From Malacoraja senta (taxonomy: Eukaryota), in contig CM075984.1 in NCBI GenBank assembly GCA_038087875.1, positions 43,524,001-43,588,000 on the forward strand: a DNA stretch of 64,000 nucleotides, given 5' to 3'. Positions 27,255 to 38,534 of this stretch are shown in pieces. The stretch's first letter is position 1. Every line of letters starts with the position of its first letter. Made by a program: the position numbers and the translations under genes. Below the pieces are notes generated by a model. That model saw only the letters and a program-made list of their open reading frames with translations, was not told where the DNA came from and did no database searches.

Positions 27255-27640
27255 CTCTGGAATTTAGAAGGATGAGCAGGGATCTTATTGAAACATAAGA
27301 TTGAGTGTTTGGACACGCTAGACGCTGGAAACACGTTCCAGATGTTGGGGAAGTCCAGAAACAGGGGTCACAGTTTAAGGGGTAAGCCATTAGAATGGAG
27401 ATGAGAATTTTTTTTTTCAGTTGTGAATCTGTGGAATTCCCTGCCTCAGAAGGCAGTGGAAGCCAATTCTCTGTATGATTTCATGAGAGAGTTGGATAGA
27501 GCTCTTAAAGATAGCAGAGTCAGGGGATATGGGGAAAAAGCAGGAACGGGGCACTGAGTGCGGATGAACAGCCACGGTCACAGTGAATGGCGGTTCTGGC
27601 TCGAAGGGCCGAATGGTCTACTCCTGTACCTATTGTCTAT
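27255..27640 (+). mobile_element. CR1/HER1 LINE 3' fragment
   Basis: ctggaatttagaaggatgag...gaagggccgaatggtctactcctgtacctattgtctat. Confidence 0.85.
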
Positions 27641-27818
27641 CAGAAACACTCTTCAGGAGTCAGGTGTGGATTTGTGAATGTCCACTGTGCGCAGACTTCA
27701 TGAACAGAAATACAGAGGTTACACTGCAAGATGCAAACCACCGTTAGCTGCAACAATAGGATGGCCAGGTTACAGTTTGCCAAGAAGTACTTAAAAGAGC
27801 ACCCACAGTTCTGGAAAA

Positions 27819-27872
27819 GGGGTGGGAGATTGCAACCTTCTCGTGGTCCGCCCTGTTTCGACAAATGCAATC
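27819..27872 (+). ncRNA. Minimal HDV-like ribozyme (predicted)
   Basis: P1 GGGGUGG/CCGCCCU (G1.U wobble), P2 GAUUGCA/UGCAAUC, P3 ACC/GGU, L3 UUCUCGU, GU, UUCGA in place of P4, J4/2 CAAA with catalytic C at 27862. Confidence 0.85.
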
Positions 27873-27962
27873 GACCCGGCGTGCACAATCAAATAAGATC
27901 AAATAGAACAAGTTGTCCGACAACTTTAGGCTGTGCACGCCATACGCAAGAAGAAGAAGAAG
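27819..27962 (+). mobile_element. 144-bp ribozyme-headed short retroposon (family B) inserted in the Tc1 transposase
   Basis: TSD agttctggaaaa (27807-27818) / agttctagaaaa (27964-27975); (AAG)5 tail; no Pol III boxes; 5' end coincides with G1 of an HDV-like fold. Confidence 0.88.
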
Positions 27963-29186
27963 TAGTTCTAGAAAAAGGTCTTGTGGACAGATGAGACGAA
28001 GATTAACTTACATCAGAGTGATGGCAAGAGCAAAGTATGGAGGAGAGAAGGAACTGCCCAAGATCCAAAGCATACCACCTCCTCTGTTAAACACAGTGCT
28101 GGGGGTGTTATGGCCTGGGCATGTATGGCTGCTGAAGGTACTGGCTCATTTACCTTCATTGATGATACAACTGCTGATGGTAGTAGCATAATGAATTCTG
28201 AAGTGTCTGCTCAAGTTAAAAAAAAATGCCACAACTCATTGGCCGGCAGCTCATTCTACAGCAAGACAATGATCCCAAACATACTGCTAAGTAACAAAGG
28301 AGTCTTTCCAAAGCTAAAAAATGGTCAATTCTTGAGTGGCCAAGACAATCACCTGATTTGAACCCAATTGAGCATGCCTTTTATATGCTGAAGAGAAAAC
28401 TGAAGGGGACTAGCCCCCAAAACAAGCATAAGCTAAAGATGGCTGCAATACAGGCCTGGCAGAGCATCACCAGAGAAGGCGCCCAGCGACTGGTGATGTC
28501 CATGAATTGCAGACTTCAAGCAGTCATTGCATGCAAAGGACATGCAACAAAATACTAAACATGACTACTTTCATTTCCATGACATTGCTGTGTCCCAAAC
28601 ATTATGGTGCCCTGAAATGGGGGGACGGTGTATAAATACTGCTGTAATTTCTACATGGTGAAACCAAAATGTATAAATATGGCCTTTATTAAAATCTGAC
28701 AATGTGCACTTTAACCACATGTGATTTTTTTTGTATTACAAATCTCAAATTGTGTAGTACAGAGGCAAATAAATAAATGATGGGTCCTTGTCCCAAACAT
28801 TATGGAGGGCACTGTACTTTCACTCAATCTTTGCTTGTTTCACATAAGATTCACATCATTCAAAGCTCTGTACTTCTACAGCAAATATCCAACAAACTGC
28901 TGGTCTAACCTCTGCAGTTAATATTCTGCTCTCAAAGATAGTCTTCAGAATTCTCTAAAATTGGAAGTTATCAGTGGCGACTTTGCATCATCAGAGGTCA
29001 ACAAAGAACATTCATCAGCTTTCAAAGTTACACCAAAGAACATGTGTTCTAAGCTGGCAATGTTGTTGGACCCACTGCTTGCGAGGAAATGATGTTGCTT
29101 TGAGCAAGTCTGAAGGAAAATGGAGCTTGTACAGGTTAAAAAAACTCATCTTTGAGTCCTACATTCAACCCAATAAGCGTTTCTAA

Positions 29187-29950
29187 TGGGCCTGTCCCAC
29201 TTATGCGATTTTTCAGCGGTCTGTGTGAAGTTGCCGCCAGTCACCTGAAACCACCCACCCACACACTCTGAAGAAGTCTCGACCCGAAACGTCGCCTATT
29301 TCCTTCGCTCCATAGATGCTGCCCCACCCGCTGAGTTTCTCCAGCATTTTTGTCCACACTCACATCGCTTCCTTCACCAACCCATTATGCAGGCAGGGGA
29401 CAGGGCAAGCGGGAGGAGCGCTGTCTAAAAAATTCACACGATGCACAGCCAAGGTGAAACAGACACACACCACGATGAACAGGAAGGTTGGCGCTGTAAA
29501 AAGACAGCTAAAGCACAGTGTACGGTAAGTCCTTTAAAAGAGGGGGGAGAAGGAGTGGAGACAACTTTTAAGAAGCCAGAGATACACGGCTGTGAAGCTC
29601 AGCAGACATTTAACATTACTGGTTGGTTATGCTTGGTTTTGAAAACTACTGCTTACGTTTTTTTTCCTTCCCAATGAAATTCACCAGTCAGCACCGGCTA
29701 CAACCTACGAGAACCTCCGACTTCCTAGCAACCCATTAGGCCCTCTTGGCGACCCACCTACGGCTCTAGAATTCTCGCTGCTCTCCATGGTGGCTTCATT
29801 CTAGTCGCCGCTAATTTTTCAACATGTTGAAAAATTCATGGCGACCATAATGAGGCCGCGACTAGTTCCGAGAATGCGGGAACTCCTCACGGCCATTAAG
29901 GCGACTCCCGGCAACCACCCGCGAACATGTTGCGACTGCATAGTCTCCTG
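29187..29950. mobile_element. Harbinger-type element, right end not found, with a nested Penelope-derived repeat
   Basis: taa tgggcctgtcccactt left TIR; ttttcaacatgttgaaaa palindrome at 29816-29833. Confidence 0.65.
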
Positions 29951-32749
29951 CACCAGACATCCATCTATTATAAATATCAGTGTTTGTGCAGTACTCCCAA
30001 ACACCCTGCTTCTAGCAGATATCCTGTCAATACAAACAGCTGTGATACAATTTTATTTACCAGTTTTGCCAAAAAGACTGCAGATGCTACTATAAGGTGG
30101 TGACAACACTCATTATTCACAACTAACTATTTTTGACAAAATGTATTAGAGTTGAATCCCAACCAACATCTTGCAACTGCAAGTTCTGTATTGCAACAGC
30201 AATGAAAACCAATAAGCTTTACAGCAGGGTCACCTTACTACTCTGATGCCAAATGACTGGGGGGGGATCGTTTTAAATAGAAACAATCTGGAAGTGTATC
30301 AATAAGCAGAGCTGAAAAGAAAAATTCCATTGAGGTTTTACATTGACAGAGCTCAAACAAGTTTATATTGTTTGAGCTCATTAGACATTAAATAATCTGG
30401 GAAAATAACGACCGATATGCAAGCTCATTATCCTTATTAAACAAAGATAAACAGAACATTTTACAGTGCTATTTCAGTGAATGGCAACAAATACAACTGG
30501 CTACCTGCAATATTACAAACAATAATCAGTCTAGTCATAAACAAAATGCTATTTTTCTTCATCACCATTTTTACACATGCTGATAGATTATAAGTGTAGA
30601 CTAATTGTACCAAGTAAAACAAGGTTTAAAAAAACAACTTATTTTTGGGATGAGGTGTCATCAGCAGGGACAATATTTATTGCCCATCTCCTAACTTACT
30701 GAAGACAATGGTGGTGACTCTCTTTACATCCACAATACTGCAAGGAGATGCAGGATTTACATCTAGGTATGAAGGAATGACAAAAAATTCCAGAAGATTA
30801 TTGCTCCACTTTCCCCTCAAACTTGCTTAAATTAAAACAATTTTGTTAGTTGTTCTGTACTGTCTTTTCCAAGTTTTAACATTTGAGGGTTTACTTCTGA
30901 TACAACTGGAGGGCATTCAGCTCATCGAGTCCACGTCAGCTTTGAGAAGGGCAATCCCACAAATCCCATTTCCCTTTCCTTATCTCCCTCTAACTCTACA
31001 TATTCTCTCCCATCTGCTTATCAATGCCTTTGGTTATTTTGCTACATGTCTACACAAAGGTAATTTACAGTAACCAAGAATCTCTGGGATATGGAAGAAA
31101 ACCAGAACCAGTGGCAGCAACACATTGGTCACATGCAAACTCCATATTGATGCACTGAACTCAGGAATGAACTTGGGTCTCTGGAGCGATAAGGTACTAG
31201 CAACAAAAGATGTGCCACCAAGCCAACAAAACATTAGTATCTATCCAATTCTGTATAAAATTGCTCTGCTATCTAGAAAGCATGGGATAACTCCAATCTA
31301 ACCACTGTGTGATGGGGTGGATGGCATTTACAGTGCTACTGAAGCAGGACTTATGAATAACCTGCTCATCAATGCCCATTTTGCAATTGATCAGAACCCC
31401 AGACACTAAACAGCCTTGGAGAATATAAATGCCAACGTAGGCCAAATAATTGGATTCAAGGGTAGAGCAACTGATCTGGTGCCAGGACGTTTGATGGAAC
31501 ATGGTAATCTTAGCAGTGTTTGACCAAAGGGAGGACCCAGATGGGAGAGGTCACATGTGCCTACTGTGTGGTTCTTCCTTGCTCACAGCGGTTGTGGAGT
31601 ATTTTTGGAATAAGAGGCAAGAAATTACAGTGCACTTTGTAGATAGCATTCATAGCAGTGGAGGGAATGAATTTGCAGGGTAATGAAAGAATAACTCAAT
31701 AAGCTGCTTGATTGTCTTGGATGGTGGCATTCAAGCTTGGAGTGCAGTTGAACATACACTCATCCAGTGGACAGCATTTCACCACTCTTGAACTGTAGTG
31801 TTGAAAAAGTTTTAGAGCATTAGGACAATATCTTGACACTGGATATCCCAACCCTCAAGCTGATCTTGTCGCAGCTGCATTTATCTGGCTGGTTTATTCA
31901 AATTAGTGGACAACATTAACCTTGGGGTCAGATGGGGAATTCAGCAGTGGCATGGTCACTGAATTTATCAAGGGCAACTATTGGAGATGGCCATTACCGG
32001 GTACTTGTGTGGCATAATCATTACTTGCCAATAGCAGCTCATATCTGGATGCCATCTGCATTCAGACATGGGCTGTTGTATTTCCCAAGGGATATGAATG
32101 CAAGCAAACAATTCACAACCATAGGCTAACATTGCCTTTTTTTGTCCTTGTAATACAAGGTCAGTCATTGGTTGAAGCAGCTGAATTTGGGTTCAGGACA
32201 CTGCCCAGAGGAATTCCTGTAGTAATATCCTCAGGTTAGGATGATTAATCTCTAATAATCACAATCACCCCCTTTAGTGTTAACTATGTCCAACTACTGG
32301 ACCACATTTCCACCTTGCCTGCTGACTTCTGTTTTATCACACAGAGTCAAATATTACCTTGATGTCCAGGTCTATCATTCGCACCTTGTCTTGAATTTAG
32401 GTGCTTGATCCATATTTGCACCAAGACTGATTGGCCCGGGTAAAGCTCAACCTGGGTATTTATGTAATTATTCACAAATGCCACTTGATAGCTGTGTCAA
32501 TTACAGCTTCCACCTGGTGACGAGTGTAAATTAATTGGGAAGCAATTAGCTGGCTTGAATTTGTCCCAATTTTATGGACAGGGCATAACTATGAAAATTT
32601 CGTAATTGTTGGATTGACATTACTGTTGTATCTGTCCTGGAGCAGCTTTTCTACAGAATTGACTCATTTTGAAGCAGAAATCTTCATTTCTGCAGATAAG
32701 ACACCACATGACCAGTGTGCTAAAGTATGGTTTGGGGCACTTACATTTA

Positions 32750-33045
32750 GTTTAGTTTAGTGGTACAGTATGGAAATAGGCCCTTCGGCCCACAGAGTCC
32801 ACGCCAACCATCGATCACCCGTTCACACACTTTATGTTGAATTCCATTTTCACATCCACTCCCTGCACACTGGGGGGAAATTTAAAGGGACCAATAAATC
32901 TACAAACCCACACGTCTTTGGGATGCAGAAGGAAATTGGAGCACCAGGAGGAAACTCATGCAGCTACAGGAAGAACATGCAAAATACAAAGCCAGCACTT
33001 GGGGGTCAGGATCAAACCAGGGTCTCTGGCACTCTGAGGCGCCAG
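32750..33045 (-). mobile_element. tRNA-derived SINE (HE1-like)
   Basis: tttagtttag tail, aggcccttcggcccaca, gtctttgggatg core; same family as 39795-40072. Confidence 0.7.
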
Positions 33046-33414
33046 TTAGTAAGGACAAATTAAATACTGTCCATTTAACTTTGTGTCAAACATGATAGAC
33101 AAATTGCACTGAAGGGTTAGAATCAACAACATTATCAGTAAAGGAACCATGTGATAGCTATTAAAATAATTTCAGCAAAATCTCATGTAATATTCAGGGT
33201 GCTCAGAATTTTAAAATAACTTTGTTTTCCCTCAGTACTAACCTTTGGGGTGCGAGGTCAGTGGCTGTTGTATAGTACATAAATTACAAATCTTACACAA
33301 TTACAATGTTTATCTTCCTTCACTGTCAAATAACACCCCTCACTGCACAAGTATTTAATCTTATTACCAACTCACCTTAACCCACAAACTTTAAACTCCC
33401 CAAACTCATTGTGA

Positions 33415-33790
33415 TAGTATGAGACCACACCTGGGGTATTGTGTGCAGTTTTGTTCTTCAAATTTGTAGAAGGACATTCTTGCTATTGAAGGAGTGCAGC
33501 AGCATAGGTTCACCAGGTTAATTCCCGGGATGGCGGGACTGACATATGATGAAAGAATGGGTCGACTGGGCTTATATTCACTGGAATTTAGAAGGATGAG
33601 CGTGGATCTTATAGAAACATAACATTCTTAAGGGATTGGAAGATGCAGGAAAGAATTTCCTGATGTTGGGAGAGTCCAGAACCAGGGGTCACAATTTAAG
33701 AATAAGGGGTAGGCCATTTAGGACTGAGATAACAAAAAACTTTTTCACCCAGAGAGTTGTGAATCTGTGGAATTCTCTGCCACAGAAGGC
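33415..33790 (+). mobile_element. CR1/HER1 LINE fragment
   Basis: gagaccacacctggggtattgtgtgcagtttt...aatctgtggaattctctgccacagaaggc. Confidence 0.85.
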
Positions 33791-34364
33791 AACTTTTAGC
33801 ACCATTTAGGATTTGTTGCACCAGATCCAAACAGACACCCTCACTTCAGCATTGTGTATCAGTCCCTCTTGTGTTTTTATTCACTACTCCAGCATCTAGA
33901 GTTCCAGGTCTCCCCATTCCTCTACCAATATATAAAAATACAGCAAAAAACAAATCTGCTGGAGGAACTCACTGGTTGAGCAGCATCTTTGGGGAGAGTG
34001 GGATGAAGAAAATGTCAATATTTCAGGTGGAAACCTTGAATGAGGACAAGAGTGAAGAGGGGAGTTACCCAGTATAATGTGGAAAGTGGTAAGACAAGGG
34101 CAAAAGTCTCAGATACAGGAACTACAATTTAGCTTGACTTACTGTGAATGAAACTGCAGCAGAGCTGAGAATAAACTGCTCGTATCATTTTCTGGGTCAA
34201 GCAAACTATTCCAACCATTTGCATTAAATATTGATGGAAGCAACAGGATATCTGCAAGAATATCAATCAGACTCACAGAGTAAGTTGCAGTTTATGGATT
34301 TCAAGCTTTTAAGCTTCCCTCCCTTGATTATGTTGTTTAGTATTTAGCTATTCTTGAACAAAAA

Positions 34365-35125
34365 AGACTGCTGGAGAAGCACAGCAGGTCAGGCAGCAAC
34401 TGTGGATGGAAATCAACGCACAATATTTCAGTCAGGATCGAAGATAGACACAAAATGCTGGAGTAACTCAGCAGGACAGGCAGCATCTCTGGAGAGAAGG
34501 AATGGGTGACGTTTCGGGTCGAGACCCTTCTTCAGACCGTCACAAGAAGGGGCTCCACCCAAAATGTCACCTATTCCTTTCCTCTAGAGATGCTGCCTGA
34601 CCCATTGAGGTACTCAAGCATTCTGCATCAATCTTTGGTGTTAACCAGCACCTGCGGTTCCTTCCTACTCATGGGTTGAAATGTGTAGGGGAACTGCAGA
34701 TGCTGGTTTAAACCAAAGATACACTGTCACAAAAAGGGTCTTGACCTGAAACGTCACCCATTCCTTCTCTCCAGCGATACTGCCTGACCCACAGAGTTAC
34801 TCCAGCTTTTTGTGTCTATCTTGGGTTGAAATGTCTGAAACGTTGCCCTGAAACGTTGTCCGTCCACTTCCCTCCACAGATGCGGTCTGACCCACTGAGT
34901 TATCCAGCACTTTGTTGTCTGGTTATGATTCCAGCATGTGCAATGTCTTGTGTGGAAACCCTGAACTTTTACAGCAAAGATTTTAAAAGCGATCAACTGC
35001 AAAAGATAAACAACATGACCATGACAGAAGATAGACACAAAAAGTTGGAGTAACTCAGCAGGGCAGGCAGGCAGCATCTCTGAAGAGAAGGAATGGGTAA
35101 CGGTTCGGGTCGAGACACTTCTTGA
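34365..35125. repeat. Cluster of Penelope-derived terminal repeats in both orientations
   Basis: Several copies of agatagacacaaaatgctggagtaactcagc...gacgtttcgggtcgagacccttcttcagac and its complement. The same family occurs near 4145, 6440-6900, 25310, 29270, 37910, 39375, 41820, 42290, 54781 and 55288. Confidence 0.85.
34505..34538 (-). ncRNA. Penelope-type minimal hammerhead ribozyme motif
   Basis: Minus strand GGU-CUGAAGA-A-GGGUCUCGACCC-GAAA-CGUC-ACC: complete core, palindromic ACGU helix III, GUC cleavage triplet, 3-bp helix I. Confidence 0.7.
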
Positions 35126-35434
35126 CATGTGTAAGGTTAAATTAATGTTTATCTTTGTTAAATTAATGTTTGTCTCTGCCTGTGCTGAAGGACTGGCCGC
35201 CTGTTTATCTGCAGCTCACCGCCGCGTCGTGGTCCCGCTGGAGGCGGCGGCTGAGTGAGGGCAGGTCGGCCGGGGAGTCAGGCAAGCCCGAGGATCGGCC
35301 GCGGCCTCCTGTCCGCGGGGCTGTGGAGGACAACCTCTCTCACACGGAACACCAAGGCGTCCCTCACGTAGAAACATAGAAACAGAAGCAGACGGAGCCA
35401 CCACCACCACCACCGGACAAAACAACCGACCTAC

Positions 35435-35475
35435 CCGCCAGCAAACAGATGTATCAAGGGCTCCCTCTGGTTCAT
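35435..35475 (-). CDS. SLC25A36: SLC25A36 coding part of exon 1 (41 nt, MNQREPLIHLFAGG)
   Basis: accATGAACCAGAGGGAGCCCTTGATACATCTGTTTGCTGGCGG|gtaggt. Resembles the SLC25A36 N-terminus MSQRDTLVHLFAGG and splices in frame (GG|C) to exon 2. Lies in the CpG island. Confidence 0.93.
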
Positions 35476-35693
35476 GGTGAATCATTATTGTCCTGAGCCA
35501 GCGGGGACGCCGCCTTCTCTCTGCCGGGGCCGCCGCCTCCTCCTCCCGGCCCGGGACGCCGCTTCGTGCCGCCGCCGCCTTCTCTCTGCTCGGGTCGACG
35601 ATAACGGTGGTGCCGCCGCCGCCGGCTACTCCCAGCCCGGGTCAACGCTCACGGTGCTGCTCGAGCCGCCGCCGCCGTCGCCGCCTACTCCCA

Positions 35694-35786
35694 GCCCGGG
35701 ACGCTGCTCGAGCCGCTACACACTCCGGGCCCGGGACGCTGCTCGAGCCGCTACACACTCCGGGCCCGGGACGCTGCTCGAGCCGC
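35694..35786. repeat. 35-bp GC-rich tandem repeat (about 2.6 units) in the presumed 5'UTR
   Basis: Unit gcccgggacgctgctcgagccgctacacactccgg repeated head to tail; related diverged units at 35625-35693. Confidence 0.9.
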
Positions 35787-38534
35787 CGCCGCCGCCACCA
35801 CCACCACCAGTGACCGGGAGAAGAGCAGCTGCACTGAATCGCGCGGGCACTCACTCCGCCGCGATCAATTACTATTAATCTTCCCGCACAAGAACGAGGA
35901 TGCCTGTCCTTCGCTTTTTAATATTTCCTCTGGCCCTACCGCCAGCACCAGCACGACACCCCCTTTGACCCCACCTCTCCCCTTTCGCCCAATCGCGCTG
36001 GGTGCATTCACTTTGCTCGAATGCAGTGCAGTCACGCTGCTTTCCTCGGCGCAATGTTGAAATTTTACAATTGCCCATGCCTGCAACGCGTGGGGAGACT
36101 ACAATATCGCGAGGAATGTAACAGCAGAAACACTACACTGCTTTACCGAAGATACTAGAGCCTTCTATGATCTTTGGTATTTACCCTCCAGTACTCGAGG
36201 GTTTCCAATCTGTAAGGCCAGGATATGTGTAGGTGCACGGGAAGGAATTAGACCATTCAACAGTTCGAGTCTGTCGAAAATGCCTGAAATGTATTTAAAA
36301 TCTATTTAACAGACTTACATCATGAAGCTAAATAAACTTGCCCATCAAAATCACCATGATGAGGATTTAAATTGGACTGAGAAAGAACCAATGACAAATA
36401 CAGACAATGAGTAAAATACCTTTTTACTATATATATGTGTGTGTGAGTGTGTGTATATATAGATCTATACTATATATATAATCTATTAGAAAGAATTAAT
36501 GACAAATGCAAACAATGACAAAAATATCCCTTTGCTACATGTCTAAATGTTTGCCCTGCTCCGAAAACTTTTCCTGCTTTAACACAAGGTCATTGCTAAT
36601 GAAGATAAGGCCAAGGAGGATTTCAACCCTGACCTTGAAAACAAACATCTGGACATCCTCCTCGTGACTTCAAAATAATTGTGGTAAAGGTGTGATTGGC
36701 AAATGGTGGGTGGTGGGTGGTGTGCTAGGTGTGCTAGGTGTGCATAGTAAAAGCTAGTGCTAAGGCAGTACTCTTCCTGAAAAATACCTGGAACATGCCT
36801 CATCATAGACGCATTGTTTTGTAAAAAATACTAACAAAATGCCTTGTGGTAACATCCCCATTCTGGTATCAGCACATGTTGGGTTATATCAATGTCTGAG
36901 GGACAGGTCATAAAGATGCTCTGATCACACATGCCATGACATGTAAAGACTGCTGGACTGGTCTCAACCAAATCTACTGTATTATCTCTATAACCCTAAT
37001 CCTAATCCATATCCGTCTGTATCCAAGACTAGGAAGGCCGTCAATGCCCACTAGAAGAAACAGTTCTAAGACCTCCTCAACCATGAATCTGTTTTTAATA
37101 TAAGCATACTTCACTCCGTCTTACAACAAACTATTCAGACCAACCTTGCCACTGTCTGACCAACATAAGTCAAAAAGACCATAGGGTCAGACAGCTGCAA
37201 AGAGATCCAATATTTATCACTTGAATAGTTGCTGGCGTGAAGAACACAGAAGTATTTTTACTGCATTTTATATTTAGACATTGAAAGAAGGATAAGAACT
37301 GGGGACAAAACATTAGGATTATATTTGAGTGTGGTGACTTAGGTAAAGGGAAATGTGGACCTATTAAAGATAAATATTAGAAGTCAATGTTCAGTAGAAT
37401 AATTGACATTTATTATTATTAATTCATTTTCATTTCATTGTGAAGAAAGGAGACAAGGTACCAGCAGTAAAAGTGGGCCAAAAAATAAGTAAAAGGAAGA
37501 TCAAGTAGATTTTAATAGTGTCAAGGTAAAAAATGAATGGAACTTAAGGTAGATACTTGAAGGACCTGTTGATTATTTTGTTATAAATAAATTTTAGAAG
37601 TCGCCAAGATTGTGAATTGTGCTTTGGATTGGAACATACTATTACTTTACACAGAATGGAAAGAAAAACAAGTAAATGTTGCTCTGTTAATTTAGCTTTG
37701 ATTGTGAAGAAGTTACAGGAATCATTGATTCCTTACTGAATTACTGAGCTCTTGGACAAGAAGGAGTTGAACATAATTTATTTTTGACTTGCAATGGGTT
37801 GTTCATGTGTGTTTAAGCCAGTTTAATTTTTTGAGATGGTCACTGTGATGGATAAGGAAATGTCTGTGGATATTGACTCTGGTTATCCTACATTTGAAAA
37901 GGCACAACGTGCTGGAGTAACTCAGCGTGTCAGATAGCATTTCTGGAGAACATTGATAGGTGACGTCACTTATCCATGTTCTCCAGAGATGCTGCCTGAC
38001 CCGCTGAGTTATTCCAGCACTTTGTACTTTTTTTTCTAAACCAGCATCTGCCGTTCCTTGTATCTACATACCCTACATTTCCCAGAAGATACGATGAACA
38101 CAGATAAAAGCAGGAGGGGGTTATTTGATGTGGTGGTTAATTGGCTATGTGGTCAAAGGCAAAAGATGGAAGTAAAATGAATATACACTAATTTTTGAAT
38201 ATGATAAATAAATGTTTTTTGGGGAACTGTACTAGGGCATCACAGGCAAATGACGATGAATAGTTAAAATCAACAACATTATATGTACACAAACCATATG
38301 ATAACTGTCAAAGCAATTTACAGCAAAATCTCATGTAATATTCAGGGGTACTCAGAATATTAAAAGAATTTCATTTTTTTCTCAGTCATAACCCCAAGTG
38401 GTCCAGTGCAGAGTTGAATGTCAGTGTACCGTGTCTGCTGCCCATCTGTTATGGCAGTAGACAAATTGAAGTTGGTCTTGGTCCTTACTGAGGTAGCAGT
38501 TGATTTACATCATAACCAGCCTTCATTAGAATGG

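Larger units (their letters stand above)
27641..28814 (+). mobile_element. Tc1-family transposon relic (IR/DR-type right end)
   Basis: WTDETKINL, VKHSAGGVMAWAC, QQDNDPKH and DLNPIEH motifs across frameshifts. tgtcccaaacattatgg occurs at 28591 and 28790. Terminus cactg followed by TA. Confidence 0.9.
35190..36120 (-). promoter_or_regulatory. SLC25A36: CpG island: SLC25A36 promoter, 5'UTR and start of intron 1
   Basis: GC/CpG-rich block with GCC runs around exon 1. CCAAT near 35989; ACTACAATATCGCGAGGAATG at 36098-36118 (ZNF143/SBS-like plus TCGCGA). Confidence 0.85.

Noticed and set aside
35474-35878. Plus-strand Pro/Ala/Arg-rich ORFs in the CpG island
   Set aside because: Expected from GC-rich repeats; antisense to SLC25A36 with no protein features.
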